This document shows, one piece after another, positions 1-8,553 of a stretch of DNA of 64,000 nucleotides. The notes beneath the pieces are model-generated. The model made no database searches. It had not been told where the DNA came from and was given only the letters and a program-made list of their open reading frames with translations. The stretch spans positions 7,080 to 71,079 of the forward strand of contig CAJTLV010000005.1 of the NCBI GenBank assembly GCA_910577435.1, written 5' to 3'. Position numbers and translations under genes: made by a program. This stretch comes from an uncultured Christensenella sp. Its GTDB lineage: Bacteria > Bacillota > Clostridia > Christensenellales > Pumilibacteraceae. The number at the start of each line of letters is the position of its first letter. The stretch's first letter is position 1.

Positions 1-1410
1 ACGGGCATACAACCCGGTTTGAAATACACCTTTTCGGGCGCGCGGAACCACAACATATTCTCTCTCCTTTTTGCGACTGTTTTATAGTTGAGCAAGTGTT
101 TAACCGATACGTTCTCGCTCACCGAGTTGCCGCCCCACGAGCCGCAACCGAGCGTGAGCGACGGACGCAGTTTGAAGTTGTAAATATCTCCGATACCGCC
201 CTGTGCCGCAGGCGAATTGACGAGTATGCGGCAGGTTTTCATAGCGTCGGCGAACTTGGCGATCTTCGCTTTTTCGGCGTACTCGTCGGCATAGATGACC
301 GACGTATGACCGTAACCGCCGTCGGCGACGAGTCTCTCCGCCTTAGCGAGCGCGTCTTCGAAGTTTTCCGCTTTATACATAGCAAGCACAGGCGACAGTT
401 TTTCGTGCGCAAACGGCTCGGAAATGTCGACAGACTCTACCTCGCCGACGATTATGCGCGCGCTTTCGGGTACTTCGAAACCGCAAATGTTCGCTATCTT
501 GGCGGCACTCTGTCCTACTATCTTCGCGTTTACGGAACCGTTTATAAGTATAGTGCCGCGAACTTTATTTATCTGATCTTCGTCGAGGAAGTACGCGCCG
601 CGATACTCAAGCTCTTTCTTGAACTCGTCGTACACGTCTTTCATAACGATGACCGACTGCTCGGACGCGCATATCATTCCGTTATCGAACGACTTGGAAT
701 GAAGTATGGACGACGCGGCGAGTTCTATATCCGCCGTGCTGTCGATGATCACGGGAGTATTGCCCGCGCCGACGCCGACGGCGGGTTTGCCGGAGCTATA
801 CGCGGCTTTGACCATACCGGGTCCGCCTGTTGCGAGTATCAGATCGCAACTGCTCATAACGTCCGCCGACAGCGCGACGCTGGGCTCGTCTATCCAGCCT
901 ATTATGTCTTGGGGCGCGCCTGCCGCAACAGCCGCGTCCAGAACGATCTTAGCCGCCGCGATCGTGCTGTTCTTTGCACGCGGATGCGGCGAGAATATAA
1001 GTCCGTTGCGCGTTTTCAGCGCAAGCAGAGCCTTGAATATAGCGGTCGACGTGGGGTTAGTCGTAGGCACTATCGCCGCGATAACTCCGACGGGTTCGGC
1101 GAGTGTCTGCACGCCGAACGTTTCGTCCTCGTCTATAACGTCACACGTTTTAACGTCGCGGTATGCGTTGTAAATGTACTCGGCGGCATAGTGATTTTTT
1201 ATCACTTTGTCCTCCACTATACCCATACCCGTTTCGGCGACGGCCATCTCCGCAAGGGAGAGCCTGGCTTTGTCGGCTGCGGTCGCGGCGGCTAAAAATA
1301 TCTTATCCACCTGTTCCTGCGTATACGTTGCAAATCGGACCTGCGCCGCTCTGGCACGTTTAATGCACTCGCCCAGCGACTGTTCGTCCTTTACTATCAA
1401 ACCGTCCATA
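1..1410 (-). CDS. adhE: bifunctional acetaldehyde-CoA/alcohol dehydrogenase AdhE, N-terminal ~470 codons (3' part runs off the left edge)
   Basis: Absent from the ORF track because no stop lies in the window. My minus-strand translation from ATG 1410-1408 (GGAGGT just upstream) gives MDGLIVKDEQSLGECIKRARAAQ...EPVGVIAAIVPTTNPTSTAIFKAL...FDNGMICASEQS...CGSWGGNSVSENV...KTVAKRRENMLWFRAPEKVYFKPG. That is an aldehyde dehydrogenase domain, a linker and the start of the Fe-ADH domain. The 96..1295 plus-strand ORF is its antisense shadow. Confidence 0.85.
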
Positions 1411-1557
1411 TTACCTCCAAGTTATTCGGTTTACTATATTTTACAATATTCGATTTTAGTTGTCAACACAAACAAGGAACTAAGTGCGCCGCAATTATCG
1501 AATTCGTCGATGTGACGGGCATTCGTAGCAATAAAAAGGCGGCGTGACCGCCGCCCT

Positions 1558-2535
1558 CTAAATATTGAATTTGTATTTTATATAATGCGACTTACTCTCG
1601 CCCGCGCGAAGCACGGGGCTGTCGACATTATGCATATTTATTGCATTGGGCATATACTGCGGTTCGAGACAAAATCCGGTCCATTGTCCGTAATGACCGG
1701 ACTTGCACTTGATATTTTCCACATAGCCGCCGCTGTAAAACTGTACGCACGGCATATCCGTAGTCAGCTCCATAGTTATACCTGTCTTAACGCTCTCGAC
1801 GCGGCATATGCGCTCGTCTCCGAATACGAAGTTATGATCGTAACCCTTAGTCGACGCCAATTCGGCGCAAGCGATGTTCTCGCCTATACGCTTGGGCGAA
1901 GTAAAATCGAACGGAGTACCGATAACGCTTTTCAACTCGCCCGTCGGAATTAGTCCGCCGTCGACGGGAGTGTAACGAGGCGCGTTTATCGTAAGTATAT
2001 TGTCGGTCATCTTGTCGCTGTTTTCCCCGTCGAGATTGAAATACGCGTGGTTTGTCGGACACCACAGCGTGTCCTTATCGGACGTCGCGTCGAACTTTAC
2101 CGTGAGCGCGCCGTCGCTTACGGTAAATTCAACAATCATTTTCAGTTCGCCGGGATAACCTTCCTCGCCGTCGGGCGACAGGTACGACATAACGACCGAT
2201 TTGTCGTCGTGCCGTTCTACCGTAAACGCCCTTTTATCGAACCCGACCGTTCCGCCGTGCAAGTGGTTTTTTCCGTCATTGCACGCAAGCGTATACGTCT
2301 TGCCTCCCAGTGCGAACTTACCGCCCGCTATGCGGTTAGCCACACGTCCTATCGTCGCGCCGGCAAACGTGCCGCTTGCTACGTAGTCCTCCACGCAGTC
2401 GAAACCGTAAACTATATCGACGCCGTTCACTCTCAGCGCGTTTATGCGTGCGCCGACGTTGCAAATATCTACGGACAGTTTACCGTCCGAAATTGTATAA
2501 ATAAATGCGTCCTTGCCGTAGTTTTTCTTGCTCAT
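1558..2535 (-). CDS. galM: aldose 1-epimerase (galactose mutarotase)
   Basis: ORF 1558..2595. Likely start is the internal MSKKNYGKD (ATG 2535-2533). GalM-like motifs: GARINALRVNG, GRVANRIAGGKF, NDGKNHLHGG, NHAYFNL, CLEPQ. Last gene of the gal cluster. Confidence 0.85.
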   Translation of the reverse strand: MSKKNYGKDAFIYTISDGKLSVDICNVGARINALRVNGVDIVYGFDCVEDYVASGTFAGATIGRVANRIAGGKFALGGKTYTLACNDGKNHLHGGTVGFDKRAFTVERHDDKSVVMSYLSPDGEEGYPGELKMIVEFTVSDGALTVKFDATSDKDTLWCPTNHAYFNLDGENSDKMTDNILTINAPRYTPVDGGLIPTGELKSVIGTPFDFTSPKRIGENIACAELASTKGYDHNFVFGDERICRVESVKTGITMELTTDMPCVQFYSGGYVENIKCKSGHYGQWTGFCLEPQYMPNAINMHNVDSPVLRAGESKSHYIKYKFNI

Positions 2536-2546
2536 AATACATTCTC

Positions 2547-3662
2547 TCAAAGTTTTTCGACGGTAATTCCGTCGGCTATTTCCGCGTCGTAGCACACTGC
2601 GTTATAACCCGTCGCTCGCGTATACTTTTCACAAACGTACTTTTTGAAATCCTCGACTGCACCGCGTTTTACGAGCGAGATGGTGCAACCGCCGAAACCG
2701 GCGCCCGTCATTCTCGATCCCGCGCAGTCGGGGTGGCTTTGCGCCGCCGCCGCAAGCGCGTCGAGTTCTTTGCCCGTCACTTCGAAGAGATTGCGAAGCG
2801 ACGCGTGCGACTCATTGAGAAGTCTGCCGAGCAATCTCATATCCCCCGCATTCATCGCCGCTTCCGCGCGGGCGACGCGAGCGCACTCGGACACGACGTG
2901 TTTTGCGCGGTCGTGTATCTTGCCCTCCAAAAGATGTTCGTAAAGCTCGAAATCGCGTTCGCCGACCTGCGCCAGGCACTCTATGTCAAGTTTGGTTTTG
3001 AGTATTTCGAGCGCTTTTTCGGTCTCGGCGCGGCGTTCGTTATACTTACTTTCCACGAGGTTGTGAGGCTTGTTGCAGTTTATTATGACTATCGAGTAAT
3101 CGCCCGTGCGTATCGGCACGTACTCGCACGTTACGTCGCTGCAATCGAGCAACATCGCGTATCCCGCCTTTCCGCACGCCGACGCATACTGATCCATAAT
3201 TCCGCAGTTCACGCCGAGCGCACGCTCCGCTTTTTGCGCAATCAGCGCAACGTCGCGCGGTTCGAAACTTTCGCCCGCGACCGTCGCCAATGCCGCGATA
3301 GTCGAGACCTCGATCGCCGCCGACGACGAAAGTCCGCTGCCGAACGGAACGGTGCAGTCGTGCAACATATCGCAACCTATGACCTTATGTCCGGCTTTAC
3401 CCCACATAAGCGCGCTCATCGCCTGATAATTGCCGTATTTGAGCGCCTTGCCTTTTTCCAAATCGTTTATATCGAGCGTCGCTTTGTCCGGCAATGTCGT
3501 CCATTCGATATTGATTTTGTCGGTGCCGTTCGGTCTGACGTATACCGTATTTTTGAGCGACAGCGCGGCGGGAAACACCTTGCCGCCGCAATAGTCGATA
3601 TGCTCGCCGATTATATTCACCCTGCCTGCGGCGGTGACTTTGAATGCGTACTTGTTATCCAT
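2547..3662 (-). CDS. galK: galactokinase
   Basis: 371 aa. GHMP kinase and galactokinase signatures GRVNIIGEHIDY and PFGSGLSSSAA. Sits in a gal operon. Confidence 0.95.
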   Translation of the reverse strand: MDNKYAFKVTAAGRVNIIGEHIDYCGGKVFPAALSLKNTVYVRPNGTDKINIEWTTLPDKATLDINDLEKGKALKYGNYQAMSALMWGKAGHKVIGCDMLHDCTVPFGSGLSSSAAIEVSTIAALATVAGESFEPRDVALIAQKAERALGVNCGIMDQYASACGKAGYAMLLDCSDVTCEYVPIRTGDYSIVIINCNKPHNLVESKYNERRAETEKALEILKTKLDIECLAQVGERDFELYEHLLEGKIHDRAKHVVSECARVARAEAAMNAGDMRLLGRLLNESHASLRNLFEVTGKELDALAAAAQSHPDCAGSRMTGAGFGGCTISLVKRGAVEDFKKYVCEKYTRATGYNAVCYDAEIADGITVEKL

Positions 3663-5130
3663 TGATGTTTATTCCTTTCAAAAACTCGATAAATTGCCCG
3701 TCATTCTTGAAAACGGCGGTGTTGTGCAGGATTCTGCCGCATATACTGCCCAATTCTTTGCGCATAGCGTCGTGAACGTCGCGTTTTCCGTCCGCTTCAT
3801 AAATCGACTTTGCCTCGTCGTACACGAGCTTGAAGTCGGACAGATCTTTGGTCAGCTTGCCCGCCGTTATACATTTTTCGACGCGGCACAGTTCTTCGTC
3901 CAGTCTGCCCGGAAGAACAAACAGTCCCTGCGCCTCGATAAGCCCTATGGATTCTTTCTTAACGATGTGGAATTCCGGGTGCGCGTGGAATACTCCGTCG
4001 GGAAATTCTTCGCTTGTGATATTACTGCGCAGGATGATATTCATTTCGTAGCCTTTCGCAGTCTTTATCACCGTCGGGCTTACCGCGTTATGTATTCCGT
4101 CGCCGTCCTCGCACACGATGCCGAGCGCGGGATCGCTGTACCCCACCCACGCGGCGCGTATTTTTTCGCACACGGCCGCCATATCGTCGCGGCTGTCCGT
4201 CTCGACGCGAACGACAGTACCCGGCCAATCGACAATGCCGATCTTTACGTCGGGGAACGACTTGTCGAACAGCTGGCGCCTGACACCCGCCCTTTGCAAC
4301 GGCAACACCTCGCCGCCGCCCTGATAATGGTCGTGCGCGAGCACGCTCCCGCCTATACGCGGAAGTGCGGCGTTACTGCCTATAAAGAAATGCGGGAACA
4401 TATCGACGAAGTCCATAAGGTTGTAAAACGTCTGTTTGTCGACGTGCATCGGTATATGCTCGCCGTTCACCGCTATTCCGTGCTGATAGAAATATCCGTA
4501 AGGCGAGAATTGCCAAAACCAATCGTGTCCGCCGAGCTTTATACCGACGGTGCGCAGAGTGCGTTTATTGCGTCCGCCGAAATTCTCGTTCTCGCGGCAG
4601 ATCGTGCATTTGGGATAACCGCCGACGATCGAGTTACCGCTCGCAGCCTTTTTTGCGTCTCGAAACTCGGGCTTAGCCTTATTGATCGTTACAGTGATGT
4701 TATCCACGTCGAAGCGCGGATTTTTGTCCAATACGCTCTTTTTTACGTAATCGTTTTTTATACAGTAACCGTACAGCCACTCGGTTGCGGCTTTACCGTC
4801 CTCATCTCGAAGTATCGCGTCGAACATATCCGCGACAGCCGACGGCATCAGCGAAAGCTCGCCCATAACCTTATCTATGAGCGCTTCCTCTTCGCCGTCT
4901 TTGACAAGCCGCGCCACCTTGCATTCCGCGACAAGCGCGGACAGCAATTCGTCGGGCAGTTCGCGGTTTCCGTCCGCCGTCGGCACTTCCGCCGCGTCGA
5001 AACAGGGCGCGCCTATGATCTCGCAAAGTTCGTTGCGCTTGTAAATTTTATCGCGCGGATCGAGCGACAGATTGCGCTCGGCATAGTCGATTAGCGAGCA
5101 TATGATTTTTTTGAGTTCGTCCATAGACAC
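3655..5130 (-). CDS. galT: galactose-1-phosphate uridylyltransferase, type 2 (long Firmicute form)
   Basis: 491 aa. YPKCTICREN zinc-knuckle-like motif and the HDHYQGG His-x-His active-site motif. Overlaps the galK start by 8 nt. Confidence 0.9.
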   Translation of the reverse strand: MSMDELKKIICSLIDYAERNLSLDPRDKIYKRNELCEIIGAPCFDAAEVPTADGNRELPDELLSALVAECKVARLVKDGEEEALIDKVMGELSLMPSAVADMFDAILRDEDGKAATEWLYGYCIKNDYVKKSVLDKNPRFDVDNITVTINKAKPEFRDAKKAASGNSIVGGYPKCTICRENENFGGRNKRTLRTVGIKLGGHDWFWQFSPYGYFYQHGIAVNGEHIPMHVDKQTFYNLMDFVDMFPHFFIGSNAALPRIGGSVLAHDHYQGGGEVLPLQRAGVRRQLFDKSFPDVKIGIVDWPGTVVRVETDSRDDMAAVCEKIRAAWVGYSDPALGIVCEDGDGIHNAVSPTVIKTAKGYEMNIILRSNITSEEFPDGVFHAHPEFHIVKKESIGLIEAQGLFVLPGRLDEELCRVEKCITAGKLTKDLSDFKLVYDEAKSIYEADGKRDVHDAMRKELGSICGRILHNTAVFKNDGQFIEFLKGINING

Positions 5131-5198
5131 CCCGATATATTATGTGAATGCGATGCACGCAATGTTATTAGCGAGCCTGTCGCGCAATGTTACGCCGT

Positions 5199-6608
5199 TT
5201 ACAGCGCTCTGATGTCCAATGTGTCGAAGAACGACTGAATGCCGACGTTATCGAAAACTGCGGTAGAGGCAAGTATCTTCTCGCACACAACGTCTATCTC
5301 GTCGTGGAGATTGAGTTTGGCTTCGAGCTTGCTGACCGTGCCGCCCTGCTCTTTCAGCATACGTTCTATCATCTTTACGAACGGCTTGATATCTGCGGGG
5401 ACGTTAGCCGCGTCGAACGCGTTCGTACCGTCGAGATAAGACTGCACTTCTTTGAGTTGGGCGGACAGTTTAGTGGGCAATACGAAGTAACCCATAATGT
5501 CGGTGACGGACAGTGCGTCCGCTTTGATCTCGTCGTACTCGGCAGGCGTGCGGTGTTTCTTTTTGCCGTTGGAACGAAGCACAACGTCGAACACGTATTT
5601 GCCTGCGATCTTTCTTACGATGACATTGCAAAAGTTCTTTTTGCCGTCCTTGTTGTCGATATTGTCGTCCGAATAACTCTTCCACGCGGTAACGAGCTTA
5701 TCCGCAAACTCGACCGTCTTTTCGAGGTTGGAATGCGAAAAGCGAATGACCGTGCCGTACCAATCGACTACGCCGAGTTCCAAGTACGGATATTCTTTGG
5801 ACTTGAAGCGCGCCTTGTATCCGGCACGAAGCATAGGCGTGGACTTCGCGCCCGTTTGGAAATGCTCGTGCGCGGTTATCTTTGCGCCCCCGTTTTCGAC
5901 TACGGCATTCATACCGACAAACCCGTCCGCGCCGATAAAGTCCGCCGCGAGCGCGAGTTTCTTTATAGTAGATATTCCGTCGGTGAGCGGAGTGTGTTCG
6001 CCGTTTGCCAGAACGCCGTGCCGTTCGAAATAGCGGTGACGCGAATAATTGAATATCCATTCCTCGCCGCCTATATCTATCGACGCGGGGCGCATATTTT
6101 CGTATCCGGCAAGACCGATATTCTCCTTGCACAACGGACATTTGGGATAACCGGACGCTTCCGCCTGCGGCAAGAGATTGATAATTACCTCTATCTTGCT
6201 TTTCAGTTCCTTCGCCTCCCAGCGCTCGCTTTGATCGGAGTCGAGATTGATATACCCGCACTTGACGTTATAATCGTACAGGAATTCGAATGCCTTTTGA
6301 GGATTGACCGAATACGTATCGAAGAACAGGTCGTTCACTTCGGACGGTTTCAGGCTCACCGCATCCATTATCTCGCCGCGCGTCGCGTCGGTCTTGCCGT
6401 TTTCGGCGGCATAAGCGAGCAGAGGCGCGATCAGATCGTCGGGCGACGCCTGCGCGTCGACAAATTCCTCGTCGGGAGCTTCGGGCGCGAACTCGGTAAT
6501 GCCGAGCAGTTTGCATATCCTGCGCGTCGCACGCGGCGCGTCCAGCTCGTCGAGAAGCAGTTGCGACTCGGCATACGCTATAAGATTCGAAATTTCCTTA
6601 TCCAACAT
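5199..6608 (-). CDS. second, divergent type-2 hexose-1-phosphate uridylyltransferase paralogue
   Basis: ORF 5199..6788. Plausible start is MLDKEISNLIAYAE (ATG 6608-6606, 470 aa). Same architecture as the neighbouring galT (YPKCPLCKEN, AHEHFQTG) but clearly diverged. Confidence 0.8.
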   Translation of the reverse strand: MLDKEISNLIAYAESQLLLDELDAPRATRRICKLLGITEFAPEAPDEEFVDAQASPDDLIAPLLAYAAENGKTDATRGEIMDAVSLKPSEVNDLFFDTYSVNPQKAFEFLYDYNVKCGYINLDSDQSERWEAKELKSKIEVIINLLPQAEASGYPKCPLCKENIGLAGYENMRPASIDIGGEEWIFNYSRHRYFERHGVLANGEHTPLTDGISTIKKLALAADFIGADGFVGMNAVVENGGAKITAHEHFQTGAKSTPMLRAGYKARFKSKEYPYLELGVVDWYGTVIRFSHSNLEKTVEFADKLVTAWKSYSDDNIDNKDGKKNFCNVIVRKIAGKYVFDVVLRSNGKKKHRTPAEYDEIKADALSVTDIMGYFVLPTKLSAQLKEVQSYLDGTNAFDAANVPADIKPFVKMIERMLKEQGGTVSKLEAKLNLHDEIDVVCEKILASTAVFDNVGIQSFFDTLDIRAL

Positions 6609-6637
6609 AATTAAATATCTCCTGTTTTTAATTTTCG

Positions 6638-7762
6638 TTAATTGTAGTGTCCGTGCGTGATAGGTCGCACGGTATCGATCAACACGTCTGTGTCGAACTC
6701 GCTCCAAGGGAACTCTTCCGGCGGTTGCGCGACGAATCGCATAACGTCGCCGCTCACGGGATGAGTAAACACCAGTCGGTACGCCCACAGCGCGAGATTA
6801 TTGCTTTTTATCAGTTTGTTTCCCGCATATTTATAATCGCCCACGATAGGCGCGCCCAGCGCTTTGAGCTGAACTCGAACTTGATGCGTCCTGCCGGTGA
6901 TGAGTTTTACGGCGACGAGCGACATTCCGTCCTTTTCGTCGAGAACAGTCACTTCGGACGCGGCGAGTTTGACTCCTTCCATTGTCGACGGCGCTACGGA
7001 AACGGTGTTCGTCTGCACGTCTTTCAACAGATAATGTTCCACCTTGCCCGTTCTGTTCGGTCTGCCCGACGTGACCGCCGCATACGACTTTTCGAACTCG
7101 CCTGCGCGTATCTGTTCGCTCAGCCGCCCCGCCGCCTTGCTCGTCTTGGCGAAAACCATAACGCCGCCCGTCGGTCTGTCCAATCTGTGAAGCAATCCGA
7201 GATACGCGTCGCCTTTCTTGTCGTACTTCTCGATCAAATACTTTTTAAGCTCTGTCAAGAAGTCGGGATCGCCGCTCGAATCGGCTTGCGACGGAATGTT
7301 CTGCGGCTTTATAACGACGAGAATATGATTGTCCTCGTACAGCACTTTGGGAAACTCGTTGCCGTCCGTCGTTTCGGGCGGAACATAAGGCTTCGGCTCT
7401 TCGCCCGACTTTACGACGTCCTTAACGTCAAGACGCAGCATTACCTTTGCCGTCGGTTTTTTCTCTTCGGGCTGCAGATCGTCGTCGCGCTTAAACTCGT
7501 GCCTGCCGCTTTCGCTCCCGTACTGCTTTTTGCCGCCGTAGTTTTTGTCTTTTCCGTCGAACCTTTTTTTGTCGCCGTAATTTTTGCGTTCGCCGTCGTA
7601 CCGCTTTTTGCCGCCGCGTTCGCTTTCGCGACGACCGCCGCCTTTGCCGTAATGTTTACGCTCGCCGCCGTTTATTGTCTTGTTTTCATCTTTGTCGTCC
7701 ACTAAGACCTCCATAAGCCGCTGCATCCGCACGGCAGTGCGATGTTTTGCGCGGGCAGGCAT
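6638..7762 (-). CDS. RluA-family pseudouridine synthase with a ~135-aa Lys/Arg/Gly-rich N-terminal extension
   Basis: The catalytic core carries HRLDRPTGGVMVFAKT and GRTHQVRVQL. The N-terminus has KKRYDGERKNYGDKKRFDGKDKNYGGKKQYG-type repeats. The start is uncertain (7762, 7726 or 7714) because it overlaps the end of the upstream gene. Confidence 0.8.
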   Translation of the reverse strand: MPARAKHRTAVRMQRLMEVLVDDKDENKTINGGERKHYGKGGGRRESERGGKKRYDGERKNYGDKKRFDGKDKNYGGKKQYGSESGRHEFKRDDDLQPEEKKPTAKVMLRLDVKDVVKSGEEPKPYVPPETTDGNEFPKVLYEDNHILVVIKPQNIPSQADSSGDPDFLTELKKYLIEKYDKKGDAYLGLLHRLDRPTGGVMVFAKTSKAAGRLSEQIRAGEFEKSYAAVTSGRPNRTGKVEHYLLKDVQTNTVSVAPSTMEGVKLAASEVTVLDEKDGMSLVAVKLITGRTHQVRVQLKALGAPIVGDYKYAGNKLIKSNNLALWAYRLVFTHPVSGDVMRFVAQPPEEFPWSEFDTDVLIDTVRPITHGHYN

Positions 7763-8553
7763 ACCTCATAGCTCTCCGTCCGTCCGCGCGGCATTGTAAG
7801 CGATAGAATGTTCTCGATAGTCTGCGGTTGCAATCCCGTCGTGTAGCTGTTGATAAGGAAAAATGCGGGATCGGCGCAAAGGACCTTTGTACAAAGTTCT
7901 ACGAGGTCGTATACGTCGTCTTCCATCCGCCAAACCTCGCCCGACGCGCCGCGCCCGTAGCTGGGCGGATCCATTATCACCGCGTCGTAAGTCTTGCCTC
8001 GCTTTATCTCGCGCGTGACGAACTTTTTGCAGTCGTCGACAATGTATCGGGTATTCGTCTCCGCAACGTCGTTCAGCTTGCAGTGTCTGCGCGCACGCTC
8101 GACCATACCCTTAGCCGCGTCTACGTGCGTCACGACAGCTCCGCGCTTTGCGAGAACAGCCGTCGACGCACCCGTATATGCGAACAGATTGAGTATTTTG
8201 AGCTGTCTGCCTTTCTTCGCCGCCCCGTCTACCTCATAGGACAGCTTGTCCCAGTTGACCGCTTGTTCGGGAAACAGTCCCGTGTGCTTGAACCCCATCG
8301 GCTTGACGATGAACTTCATATCACGCCAGCCTATCTGCCACTCGTCGGGCATCTTCTTATACACGATCCACTTCCCGCCGCCCGACCTGTCGCGCTCATA
8401 GCGCGCGTGACAGTCGAACGCCGAATAGTCGACGGTCACCCGCCATATCGCCTGCGGATCGGGGCGAAGCAACGTGACGTTTCCCCAACGTTCGAGTTTG
8501 AGACCGTCGCCCGTGCCGAGTATCTCGTAATCTTTCCAATCGGGCGCTAACAT
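7702..8553 (-). CDS. class I SAM-dependent methyltransferase (RlmI/RlmK-like rRNA methyltransferase family)
   Basis: 283 aa. LNLFAYTGASTAVLA SAM-binding loop and DPPSYG motif IV. Between ileS and the pseudouridine synthase gene. Confidence 0.7.
   Translation of the reverse strand: MLAPDWKDYEILGTGDGLKLERWGNVTLLRPDPQAIWRVTVDYSAFDCHARYERDRSGGGKWIVYKKMPDEWQIGWRDMKFIVKPMGFKHTGLFPEQAVNWDKLSYEVDGAAKKGRQLKILNLFAYTGASTAVLAKRGAVVTHVDAAKGMVERARRHCKLNDVAETNTRYIVDDCKKFVTREIKRGKTYDAVIMDPPSYGRGASGEVWRMEDDVYDLVELCTKVLCADPAFFLINSYTTGLQPQTIENILSLTMPRGRTESYEVCLPAQNIALPCGCSGLWRS

Noticed and set aside
96-6614. Long plus-strand ORFs (96..1295, 2047..2592, 2733..3665, 3634..5094, 5187..6614).
   Set aside because: They lie antisense to adhE, galM, galK and the two galT genes. 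Their products are Arg/Val/Phe-rich nonsense with no motifs, as expected from a GC-rich genome lacking stops on the opposite strand.
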